Assembly: GCA_040954595.2 (NCBI GenBank)
Contig: CM082587.2
Coordinates: 2,509,000-2,572,999, forward strand
Direction of reading: 5' to 3'
Source of the DNA: Balanoglossus misakiensis
Lineage: Eukaryota; Animalia; Hemichordata
DNA: 64,000 bases
Below are positions 41,024 to 52,852 of this stretch, in pieces. The notes beneath the pieces are model-generated. The model did no database searches, was not told the origin of the DNA, and saw only the letters and a list, made by a program, of their open reading frames with translations. The translations under genes and the position numbers were made by a program. Within the stretch, counting starts at the first letter, position 1. Every line of letters starts with the position of its first letter.

Positions 41024-41829
41024 CTCGACTCGGGGCTCGAGCGGGTCAGAACTTCAAACTTGCGCTCACAATGTTAGGTATTTTTTCGAGCTGTCTTTAC
41101 AACATTCTTAAAGGAAGAATCAACATTTTTTTATTAACTGAACAATTTCATTGTAATCGGAATTGTTAATATTGAAAATTGATTTCAAGTCGGGACTTGG
41201 TTTCCTTGTTTCCATTTTTGTCATGAATTTGTCGTTTTCCACAACAGTGATCTACCATTTTATATCCAGGAACCTGGGGCGGACAATTTTCAAGGTGGTT
41301 TTGTAAGCACTTGGCAGGTGCACAGTGCAGCTCCTTATGATTCATATGCTTTTGAACGTTTATATTGCGAGACTTATACGTGTTGAAGATCAACAGTTTT
41401 GTTGATTTTATTCAAAAATAAATCAAGTATGCTTTGGTCACAGTTTTGTTTGTCTGAGTACGTGTTAATTAAGCCCCCCAAACCATTGAAAATGTTTTAT
41501 TTTAAAGAAGACGGTAATTGGTGTTAATGGCCGAAGTTTTTTAAATTTGCCAAACATCCATCACAGTCCTCGATAGCGTTAATTAGTTATCAGTTCAACG
41601 TTTTCTCGCATTGATTTGTGAAAAGACATTTTAATGACGACGACGATGATTATCCTTACTCCAATATTTCATAATACATGGCGAACTGTTTCTGATGTTG
41701 AATCGTTCGACGTTTAAAACGTCCAGCAATCCGAAATTTCAGCATCCTTATCACTTCGCTTTTGATGGGGTACATGGCTTGGGATACGTCAGAGAAATCG
41801 TGTGCAAAAATCTCGATTGAGCGTAAGAA

Positions 41830-43112
41830 AGCTCGCTGTTGATTGGTTCAAGGAACCTCTTGAAAATTGTCGTTCGGTCATCCGGGCATTTTCGTGAGAG
41901 GCGGCCACGATGCTGGACGCGTTCAGATGCGGGTGCGGAAAACTCATCTCAATAACAGTTTCCGCGCTGTTTATTTTGCTGTAAAAGGCTACGGTAAGTA
42001 AAATAACGTTTGAGTAGTTGGTGATGTAGCTTTGAGGTTTGGCGGTCGGTTGGTGTACATCCACAAATTCGATATTATACTTGTTTTCTCCGGATGGAGA
42101 AGGGATCGGAGAATTCGTAGCGGGTTCACGTGTAGCCAGTGTGTTTTTGGAGGGAGAAGGGGGAGGGGTCGGAGAATTCGTAGCGGGGTTCACATTTTTG
42201 AGCTCACACGTGCCGTATGCCGTACGCGTGTCGTTTTTACACAATTTCGATAAATCATTTTTGGTACAAAATTAACTTCTTATATTATTTGTTACAGAAT
42301 TCAGCTCTTTGCTGGTTGGTTCAAACGACCTGGACCACACGAAATTTCCTTCCACTCATCCGGACATTTTCGTCAAGGATGGGATTGCCACACGTAGTCT
42401 TGGTTCAGATGCGGATGCGGAAAAACTCAACTCACCAACAGAGTTTCTCCGCTGTTCATTTTGCTGTTAAGCCTACGGTAAGTAAATTAACAGTAGACAC
42501 AATTACTGAATTATTTACCAGACGTTTTGGTTATATTGTGGGAATTTACGGGAAACAATGTGACAATTTTTTGTACCAATTCCATCACCGGGCGGGGGTC
42601 GGAGAATTCGTAGAGGGGTCCACTTCTGGCCAGCGTGGTTTTTGGGGGCCGGAGAATTCGTAGAGGGGTCCACATCTGGCCAGCGTGGTTTTTGGGGGGT
42701 CGGAGAATTCGTAGAGGGGGTCCACTTCTGGCCAGCGTGTTTTTTTTTTTTTAGTGAATAAATTAGCATCCTTAATTATGCTCTCCTTCTGAAGGGGGCG
42801 GGGCATGCAGGCCCTTCTTGAAGTTTTTTGCCGTAGGATTTTTTTTGTCTTGCACTGTCAAACCAAACCGTTTAAGTGGGACAGGTTATGACGTGTATTT
42901 TAATTCACTTCTTATATTATTTGTTACAGAATTCAGCTCATTGCTGGTTGGTTCAAATGACTTGGACCAAACGGACTGTTCGCAAAGGATGGAATTGCCA
43001 CAATTGGCATTGCTGTATGTAGCCAGGGTTCAGATGCGGATGCGGATAACCCCAACCCGACAACGGAGTGCGCTCAACGTGGATGCTATGATGTTACAAG
43101 CATGATGCAAAA
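41830..43112 (+). repeat. Three diverged ~180-200 bp exon-like repeats (~41830-41993, 42298-42477, 42930-43112)
   Basis: Shared GCTC..TG.TGGTTCAA and GTTCAGATGCGG(G/A)TGCGGA cores. Copies 2 and 3 share the acceptor TTATTTGTTACAG; copies 1 and 2 share the donor CTACG|GTAAGTA. Confidence 0.75.
42595..42740. repeat. ~50-bp tandem repeat, 3 copies (GGGGTCGGAGAATTCGTAGAGGGGTCCACTTCTGGCCAGCGTGGTTTTT)
   Basis: Directly visible. Two diverged relatives lie at ~42103-42195. Confidence 0.9.
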
Positions 43113-44040
43113 GTAAGCGTTATTGACGTTATAAAGCCCCTGATTTCCCCGATTCGGACTGGTGCTGGTTGCCAGTTCCGAGTACTGATAATGGACATAT
43201 AATCTGACTGGTGCCGATTGCCATTTCTAGCCCCGTGTATGGATGATTGAGATATAATCTGACTGGTGCCGGTTGCCAGTTCCACGAACAGATGGACATA
43301 TCATCTGACTGGTGCTGTCCAAGTCCATCAATTTTGAATGCTTGTGGTGTGTGTACCTGTCTATAAGTTGTATATTTGGGCCATGCAACTGTATCCTACA
43401 TGAGGTTAGCATTTGTATGTACCATGGCCGAGTGAAGTGGATGGCATGAGACTTCAATCAAGATCCAACAAGTAAGTGTTATAGGTTAAGGTATAAACAG
43501 AATTGTTATCTTTTGTTGTCCCCTTACTCCAATAAAAATTAAAAAACAAAAACTGGTATAACCGGGTTGTTGTTTATTACGTACCTCACATTAGCTTTGC
43601 GCGTGCGTAGGTCTGTTCCGTACTTCAGGTTTTTTTTTCAGATTTGTAATGTTTCCTCAACTTCAATAAAAACGTACTGACAAACACGTTTGTGTAAACT
43701 GGGAGTGGTTTGTTTCGTACCTCACCTTAGCTTTGTGCGTACTTTAGGTCTGTAATAATGGCAGTCAGTTCCGTACTTTAGGTTTTTTTTTCAGATTTGT
43801 AATTTGTTTCCCCAACTTCAATAAAAAAGCACTGACAAACACGTTTGTGTAAACTGGGAGTGGTTTATTTCGTACCTCACCTTAGCTTTGTGATTGCGTA
43901 GGTCTGTTATAATGGCAGTCAGTTCCGTACATCAGGGTTTTTTTCAGAATTGTAAATTGTTTCCCCAACTTCAATAAAAAGTACTGACAATTACGTTTGT
44001 GTAAACTGGGAGTGAGTTATTTCGTACCTCACCTTAGCTT
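43077..44040 (+). repeat. Left copy of ~1 kb direct repeat, containing degenerate 48-bp units and a ~155-bp tandem repeat
   Basis: Begins ACGTGGATGCTATGATGTTACAAGCATGATGCAAAAGTAAGCG, identical to 51787. The ~155-bp units are anchored at 43682, 43837 and 43989. Confidence 0.9.
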
Positions 44041-44304
44041 TGAGATTGCGTAGGTCTGTTATAATGGTAAAATCATTTCTTTCCAGAACATTTTTTTAAG
44101 ATTTGTAATTTGTCAACCAACAACAATAACATTTTATGAATAAATATAGTAGTACCTGAGTGGTATATTTGTCACATGTACTTTTCAGAAGTTTGTTTTT
44201 AAGACTTGTAATTCTTTATAATTTTCTCTACCTCAAATAAAACTGTATAACCTGGCGGTTTGTCTTTTCACCTGTCATCTTGGATATCTAACCGTGAACC
44301 TATT

Positions 44305-47300
44305 ATGGATATACAATCTGTCTGGTACGGTTGCCAGTTCTGTGTACTTATGATTGACATAGAATTTGACTGGTCCGGTTGCCAGTTCCGCGTACTGATG
44401 ATTGACATAGAATTTGACTGGTCCGGTTGCCAGTTCCGTGTACTGATGATTGACATAGAATCTGACTGGTCCGGTTGCCAGTTCCGCGTACTGATGATTG
44501 ACATTGAATTTGACTGGTCCGGTTGCCAGTTCCGCGTACTGATGATTGACATTGAATATGACTGGTCCGGTTGCCAGTTCCGCGCACTGATGATTGACAT
44601 TGAATATGACTGGTCCGGTTGCCAGTTCCGCGTACTGATGATTGACATAGAATTTGACTGGTCCGGTTGCCAGTTCCGCGCACTGATGATTGACATTGAA
44701 TTTGACTGGTCCGGTTGCCAGTTCCGCGTACTGATGATTGACATAGAATTTGACTGGTCCGGTTGCCAGTTCCGTGTACTGATGATTGACATTGAATTTG
44801 ACTGGTCCGGTTGCCAGTTCCGCGTACTGATGATTGACATAGAATTTGACTGGTCCGGTTGCCAGTTCCGTGTACTGATGATTGACATTGAATTTGACTG
44901 GTCCGGTTGCCAGTTCCGCGTACTGATGATTGACATAGAATTTGACTGGTCCGGTTGCCAGTTCCGTGTACTGATGATTGACATTGAATTTGACTGGTCC
45001 GGTTGCCAGTTCCGCGTACTGATGATTGACATAGAATTTGACTGGTCCGGTTGCCAGTTCCGTGTACTGATGATTGACATAGAATCTGACTGGTCCGGTT
45101 GCCAGTTCCGCGTACTGATGATTGACATTGAATTTGACTGGTCCGGTTGCCAGTTCCGCGTACTGATGATTGACATTGAATATGACTGGTCCGGTTGCCA
45201 GTTCCGCGCACTGATGATTGACATTGAATATGACTGGTCCGGTTGCCAGTTCCGCGTACTGATGATTGACATAGAATTTGACTGGTCCGGTTGCCAGTTC
45301 CGCGCACTGATGATTGACATTGAATTTGACTGGTCCGGTTGCCAGTTCCGCGTACTGATGATTGACATAGAATTTGACTGGTCCGGTTGCCAGTTCCGTG
45401 TACTGATGATTGACATTGAATTTGACTGGTCCGGTTGCCAGTTCCGCGTACTGATGATTGACATAGAATTTGACTGGTCCGGTTGCCAGTTCCGTGTACT
45501 GATGATTGACATTGAATTTGACTGGTCCGGTTGCCAGTTCCGCGTACTGATGATTGACATAGAATTTGACTGGTCCGGTTGCCAGTTCCGTGTACTGATG
45601 ATTGACATTGAATTTGACTGGTCCGGTTGCCAGTTCCGCGTACTGATGATTGACATAGAATTTGACTGGTCCGGTTGCCAGTTCCGTGTACTGATGATTG
45701 ACATAGAATTTGACTGGTCCGGTTGCCAGTTCCGCGTACTGATGATTGACATTGAATTTGACTGTTCGGTTGCCAGTTCCGCGTACTGATGATTGACATA
45801 GAATTTGACTGGTCCGGTTGCCAGTTCCGTGTACTGATGATTGACATTGAATTTGACTGGTCCGGTTGCCAGTTCCGTGTACTGATGATTGACATTGAAT
45901 TTGACTGGTCCGGTTGCCAGTTCCGCGTACTGATGATTGACATAGAATTTGACTGGTCCGGTTGCCAGTTCCGTGTACTGATGATTGACATAGAATTTGA
46001 CTGGTCCGGTTGCCAGTTCCGCGTACTTATGATTGACATAGAATCTGACTGGTCCGGTTGCCAGTTCCGTGTACTGATGATTGACATAGAATTTGACTGG
46101 TCCGGTTGCCAGTTCCGCGTACTTATGATTGACATAGAATCTGACTGGTCCGGTTGCCAGTTCCGTGTACTGATGATTGACATTGAATTTGACTGGTCCG
46201 GTTGCCAGTTCCGCGTACTGATGATTGACATTGAATTTGACTGGTCCGGTTGCCAGTTCCGCGTACTGATGATTGACATAGAATTTGACTGGTCCCGTTG
46301 CCAGTTCCGTGTACTGATGATTGACATTGAATTTGACTGCTCCGGTTGCCAGTTCCGCGTACTTATGATTGACATAGAATTTGACTGGTCCGGTTGCCAG
46401 TTCCGCGTACTGATGATTGACATAGAAACTGACTGGTCCGGTTGCCAGTTCCGTCTACTGATGATTGACATTGAATCTGACTGGTCCGGTTGCCAGTTCC
46501 GCGTACTGATGATTGACATAGAATCTGACTGGTCCGGTTGCCAGTTCCGCGTACTGATGATTGACATTGAATTTGACTGGTCCGGTTGCCAGTTCCGTGC
46601 ACTGATGATTGACATTGAATTTGACTGGTCCGGTTGCCAGTTCCGCGTACTGATGATTGACATAGAATCTGACTGGTCCGGTTGCCAGTTCCGCGTACTG
46701 ATGATTGACATAGAATCTGACTGGTCCGGTTGCCAGTTCCGCGTACTGATGATTGACATAGAATCTGACTGGTCCGGTTGCCAGTTCCGTGTACTGATGA
46801 TTGACATAGAATCTGACTGGTCCGGTTGCCAGTTCCGCGTACTTATGATTGACATAGAATCTGACTGGTCCGGTTGCCAGTTCCGTGTACTGATGATTGA
46901 CATAGAATTTGACTGGTCCGGTTGCCAGTTCCGCGTACTTATGATTGACATAGAATCTGACTGGTCCGGTTGCCAGTTCCGTGTACTGATGATTGACATT
47001 GAATTTGACTGGTCCGGTTGCCAGTTCCGCGTACTGATGATTGACATTGAATTTGACTGGTCCGGTTGCCAGTTCCGCGTACTGATGATTGACATAGAAT
47101 TTGACTGGTCCCGTTGCCAGTTCCGTGTACTGATGATTGACATTGAATTTGACTGCTCCGGTTGCCAGTTCCGCGTACTTATGATTGACATAGAATTTGA
47201 CTGGTCCGGTTGCCAGTTCCGCGTACTGATGATTGACATAGAAACTGACTGGTCCGGTTGCCAGTTCCGTCTACTGATGATTGACATTGAATCTGACTGG

Positions 47301-50300
47301 TCCGGTTGCCAGTTCCGCGTACTGATGATTGACATAGAATCTGACTGGTCCGGTTGCCAGTTCCGCGTACTGATGATTGACATTGAATTTGACTGGTCCG
47401 GTTGCCAGTTCCGTGCACTGATGATTGACATTGAATTTGACTGGTCCGGTTGCCAGTTCCGCGTACTGATGATTGACATAGAATCTGACTGGTCCGGTTG
47501 CCAGTTCCGCGTACTGATGATTGACATAGAATCTGACTGGTCCGGTTGCCAGTTCCGCGTACTGATGATTGACATAGAATCTGACTGGTCCGGTTGCCAG
47601 TTCCGTGTACTGATGATTGACATAGAATCTGACTGGTCCGGTTGCCAGTTCCGTGTACTGATGATTGACATAGAATCTGACTGGTCCGGTTGCCAGTTCC
47701 GTGTACTGATGATTGACATAGAATTTGACTGGTCCGGTTGCCAGTTCCGTGTACTGATGATTGACGTTGAATCTGACTGGTCCGGTTGCCAGTTCCGTGT
47801 ACTGATGATTGACGTAGAATCTGACTGGTCCGGTTGCCAGTTCCGTGTACTGATGATTGATGATTGACGTAGAATCTGACTGGTCCGGTTGCCAGTTCTG
47901 TGTTCTGATGATTGACATAGAATTTGACTGGTCCGGTTGCCAGTTCCGTGTACTGATGATTGATGATTGACGTAGAATCTGACTGGTCCGGTTGCCAGTT
48001 CCGTGTACTGATGATTGACGTAGAATCTGACTGGTCCGGTTGCCAGTTCCGTGTACTGATGATTGACATAGAATTTGACTGGTCCGGTTGCCAGTTCCGT
48101 GTACTGATGATTGATGATTGACGTAGAATCTGACTGGTCCGGTTGCCAGTTCCGTGTACTGATGATTGACATAGAATCTGACTGGTCCGGTTGCCAGTTC
48201 CGTGTACTGATGATTGACATAGAATCTGACTGGTCCGGTTGCCAGTTCCGTGTACTGATGATTGACATAGAATTTGACTGGTCCGGTTGCCAGTTCCGTG
48301 TACTGATGATTGACGTTGAATCTGACTGGTCCGGTTGCCAGTTCCGTGTACTGATGATTGACGTAGAATCTGACTGGTCCGGTTGCCAGTTCCGTGTACT
48401 GATGATTGATGATTGACGTAGAATCTGACTGGTCCGGTTGCCAGTTCTGTGTTCTGATGATTGACATAGAATTTGACTGGTCCGGTTGCCAGTTCCGTGT
48501 ACTGATGATTGATGATTGACGTAGAATCTGACTGGTCCGGTTGCCAGTTCCGTGTACTGATGATTGACGTAGAATCTGACTGGTCCGGTTGCCAGTTCCG
48601 CGTACTGATGATTGACGTAGAATCTGACTGGTCCGGTTGCCAGTTCCGTGTACTGATGATTGATGATTGACGTAGAATCTGACTGGTCCGGTTGCCAGTT
48701 CCGTGTACTGATGATTGACGTAGAATCTGACTGGTCCGGTTGCCAGTTCCGTGTACTGATGATTGACATAGAATTTGACTGGTCCGGTTGCCAGTTCCGT
48801 TTACTGATGATTGATGATTGACGTAGAATTTGACTGGTCCGGTTGCCAGTTCCGTGTACTGATGATTGATGATTGACGTAGAATTTGACTGGTCCGGTTG
48901 CCAGTTCCGTGTACTGATGATTGATGATTGACGTAGAATTTGACTGGTCCGGTTGCCAGTTCCGTGTACTGATGATTGATGATTGACATAGAATTTGACT
49001 GGTCCGGTTGCCAGTTCCGTGTACTGATGATTGATGATTGACGTAGAATTTGACTGGTCCGGTTGCCAGTTCCGTGTACTGATGATTGACGTAGAATCTG
49101 ACTGGTCCGGTTGCCAGTTCCGTGTACTGATGATTGACGTAGAATTTGACTGGTCCGGTTGCCAGTTCCGTTTACTGATGATTGACATTGAATCTGACTG
49201 GTCCGGTTGCCAGTTCCGTTTACTGATGATTGACGTAGAATCTGACTGGTCCGGTTGCCAGTTCCGTGTACTGATGATTGACGTAGAATCTGACTGGTCC
49301 GGTTGCCAGTTCCGTGTACTGATGATTGATGATTGACGTAGAATCTGACTGGTCCGGTTGCCAGTTCTGTGTTCTGATGATTGACATAGAATTTGACTGG
49401 TCCGGTTGCCAGTTCCGTGTACTGATGATTGACATAGAATCTGACTGGTCCGGTTGCCAGTTCCGTGTACTGATGATTGACATAGAATCTGACTGGTCCG
49501 GTTGCCAGTTCCGTGTACTGATGATTGACATAGAATCTGACTGGTCCGGTTGCCAGTTCCGTGTACTGATGTTTGAAGTAGAATCTGACTGGTCCGGTTG
49601 CCAGTTCCGTGTACTGATGATTGACATAGAATCTGACTGGTCCGGTTGCCAGTTCCGTGTACTGATGTTTGACATAGAATCTGACTGGTCCGGTTGCCAG
49701 TTCCGTGTACTGATGATTGACATAGAATCTGACTGGTCCGGTTGCCAGTTCCGTGTACTGATGATTGACATAGAATCTGACTGGTCCGGTTGCCAGTTCC
49801 GTGTACTGATGATTGACATAGAATCTGACTGGTCCGGTTGCCAGTTCCGTGTACTGATGATTGACGTAGAATCTGACTGGTCCGGTTGCCAGTTCCGTGT
49901 ACTGATGATTGACGTAGAATTTGACTGGTCCGGTTGCCAGTTCCGTGTTCTGATCCGGTTGCCAGTTCCGTGTACTGATGATTGACGTAGAATCTGACTG
50001 GTCCGGTTGCCAGTTCCGTGTACTGATGATTGACATAGAATTTGACTGGTCCGGTTGCCAGTTCTGTGTACTGATGATTGACATAGAATCTGACTGGTCC
50101 GGTTTCCAGTTCCGTGTACTGATGATTGACATAGAATCTGACTGGTCCGGTTGCCAGTTCCGCCTACTTATGATTGACATAGAATCTGACTGGTCCGGTT
50201 GCCAGTTCCGTGTTCTGATCCGGTTGCCAGTTCCGTGTACTGATGATTGACGTAGAATCTGACTGGTCCGGTTGCCAGTTCCGTGTACTGATGATTGACA

Positions 50301-51155
50301 TAGAATCTGACTGGTCCGGTTGCCAGTTCCGTGTTCTGATCCGGTTGCCAGTTCCGTGTACTGATGATTGACGTAGAATCTGACTGGTCCGGTTGCCAGT
50401 TCCGTGTACTGATGATTGACATAGAATCTGACTGGTCCGGTTTCCAGTTCCGTGTACTGATGATTGACATAGAATCTGACTGGTCCGGTTGCCAGTTCCG
50501 CCTACTTATGATTGACGTAGAATTTGACTGGTCCGGTTGCCAGTTCCGTGTTCTGATCCGGTTGCCAGTTCCGTGTACTGATGATTGACATAGAATCTGA
50601 CTGGTCCGGTTTCCAGTTCCGTGTACTGATGATTGACATAGAATCTGACTGGTCCGGTTGCCAGTTCCGTGTACTTATGATTGACATAGAATTTGACTGG
50701 TCCGGTTGCCAGTTCCGCGTACTTAGGATTGACATAGAATTTGACTGGTCCGGTTGCCAGTTCCGTGTACTGATGATTGACATAGAATCTGACTGGTCCG
50801 GTTTCCAGTTCCGTGTACTGATGATTGACATAGAATCTGACTGGTCCGGTTGCCAGTTCCGCGTACTTAGGATTGACATAGAATTTGACTGGTCCGGTTG
50901 CCAGTTCCGTGTACTTATGATTGACATAGAATTTGACTGGTGCCGGTTGCCAGTTCCGCGAACCGACAATGGACACGGAATCCGAGTGATGTCGGTTGCC
51001 TAACCATGCACTGATGATGAGCATATGCCCTGACTGGTGCCGGTTGTGATTTCCGTGTACTGATGATGGACATATAGAATCTGACTGGTGCTGGTAGGCA
51101 AGTTCCTCGAACTGATCATGGACATCGAATCTGACTTGGGCCGGTTGCCAGTGCT
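44305..51155. repeat. 48-bp minisatellite array, ~138 units, consensus GACTGGTCCGGTTGCCAGTTCCG(C/T)GTACTGATGATTGACAT(A/T)GAAT(T/C)T
   Basis: Homogeneous from ~44350 to ~50960 with degenerate edges. A 1-bp deletion near 45765, 7-bp GATGATT duplications from ~47860, and partial units from ~49950. Confidence 0.98.
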
Positions 51156-51786
51156 TGGAGGTTCTTTGCTTGAGTGAAGACCAGTGGATGCCACAAGATG
51201 TCAAGGAAGCTTTAATAATAAGTAAGTGATTACAAAAAATGTAAGACACAGTAGCAACCAAATCTTTTTGTGGATTTTTGAAAATGTGTTCAAATTGACT
51301 TGTGCTGTTTACCCAGACCCGCGAACCGAGTTTGCCCAAACCTGCACGCAATATCAGTGTTAAACTTTAGATGTATTTTACGAATCAGATTCAGGAGACA
51401 TTCCATTTACACGTTTTTCATTTATTGCAGAGCTCCCATAGTTGATGCTTAGATGTTTTCCTGCCAGCAGATGGGTGCCCACTTGGAAATGTGGGAAGGT
51501 AAGAAATGTAGGAAAAGAAAGTGGTCTAATAATGTAGACAATACCTGCTGGTAGATCTTGAAGATGATAGGTTGAATTAAGCATGTGGATCAGCCAAAAA
51601 GTTTTAAATAAATGCGTTAAAAACACATTCATGTATCCAGTACTCAACATGATTGCATGGAATGCTTGTTTTGCAGAGCCGAAGACCAGATGAGCTGATA
51701 ATGGTGTCTATTAACCACTGTGGGGCCTTAGTGCCCAGCTGCGCATCATTCCAGGAAACTGCGTGAGGCCAGTGCTTGTACGTTCC

Positions 51787-52852
51787 ACGTGGATGCTATG
51801 ATGTTACAAGCATGATGCAAAAGTAAGCGTTATTGACGTTATAAAGCCCCTGATTTCCCCCATTCTGACTGGTGCCAGTTCCGAGTACTGATAGGCCTAA
51901 TGGAAATATAATCTGACTGGTGCAGGTTGCCAGTTCCGTAAATGTCATTTTGTTTTAAGACACAAAGAAGTCCATCAATTTTGAATGCTTGTGGTGTGTG
52001 TACCTGTGTATAAGTTGTATATTTGGGCCATGCAACTGTATCCTACATGAGGTTAGCATTTGTATGTACCATGGCCGAGTGAAGTGGATGGCATGAGACT
52101 TCAATCAAGATCTAACAAGTAAGTGTTATAGGTTAAGGTATAGACAGAATTGTTATCTTTTGTTGTCCCCTTACTCCAATAAAAATTAAAAAACAAAAAC
52201 TGGTATAACCGGGGTGTTGTTTATTACGTACCTCACATTAGCTTTGCGCGTGTGTAGGTCTGTTCCGTACTTCAGGGTTTTTTCAGATTTGTAATTTGTT
52301 TCCCCAACTTCAATAAAAAAGCACTGACAAACACGTTTGTGTAAACTGGGAGTGACTTATTTCGTACCTCACCTTAGCTTTGAAATTGTGCGTACCGGTA
52401 GGTCTGTTATAATGGCAGTCAGTTCCGTACTTCAGGGTTTTTTTCAGAATTGTAAATTGATTCCCCAACTTCAATAAAAAAGCACTGACAAACACGTTTG
52501 TGTACACCGAGAGTGACTTATTTCGTACCTCACCTTAGCTTTGAAATTGTGCGTACCGGTAGGTCTGTTATAATGGCAGTCAGTTCCGTACTTTAGGGTT
52601 TTTTTCAGAATTGTAAATTGATTCCCCAACTTCAATAAAAAAGCACTGACAAACACGTTTGTGTAAACTGGGAGTGACTTATTTCGTACCTCACCTTAGC
52701 TTTGAAATTGTGCGTAGGTCTGTTATAATGGCAGTCAGTTCCGTACTTTAGGGTTTTTTTCAGATTTGTAATTTGTTTCCCCAACTTCAATAAAAAGTAC
52801 TGACAAATATGTTTGTGTAAACTGGGAGCGAGTTATTTCGTACCTCACCTTA
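51787..52852 (+). repeat. Right copy of ~1 kb direct repeat, with ~155-161-bp tandem repeat
   Basis: Near-identical to 43077-44040 at offset 8710. Units anchored at 52329, 52490, 52651 and 52805. Confidence 0.9.

Noticed and set aside
44348-50180. Giant ORFs (1473, 692, 669, 509 aa etc.) as annotated proteins
   Set aside because: They arise from a stop-poor 48-bp unit, overlap in several frames and switch peptide at indels. Kept only as a low-probability finding.
44305-51155. CRISPR array interpretation of the 48-bp repeats
   Set aside because: There are no unique spacers, since the whole unit repeats. No cas genes are present and the context is eukaryotic.
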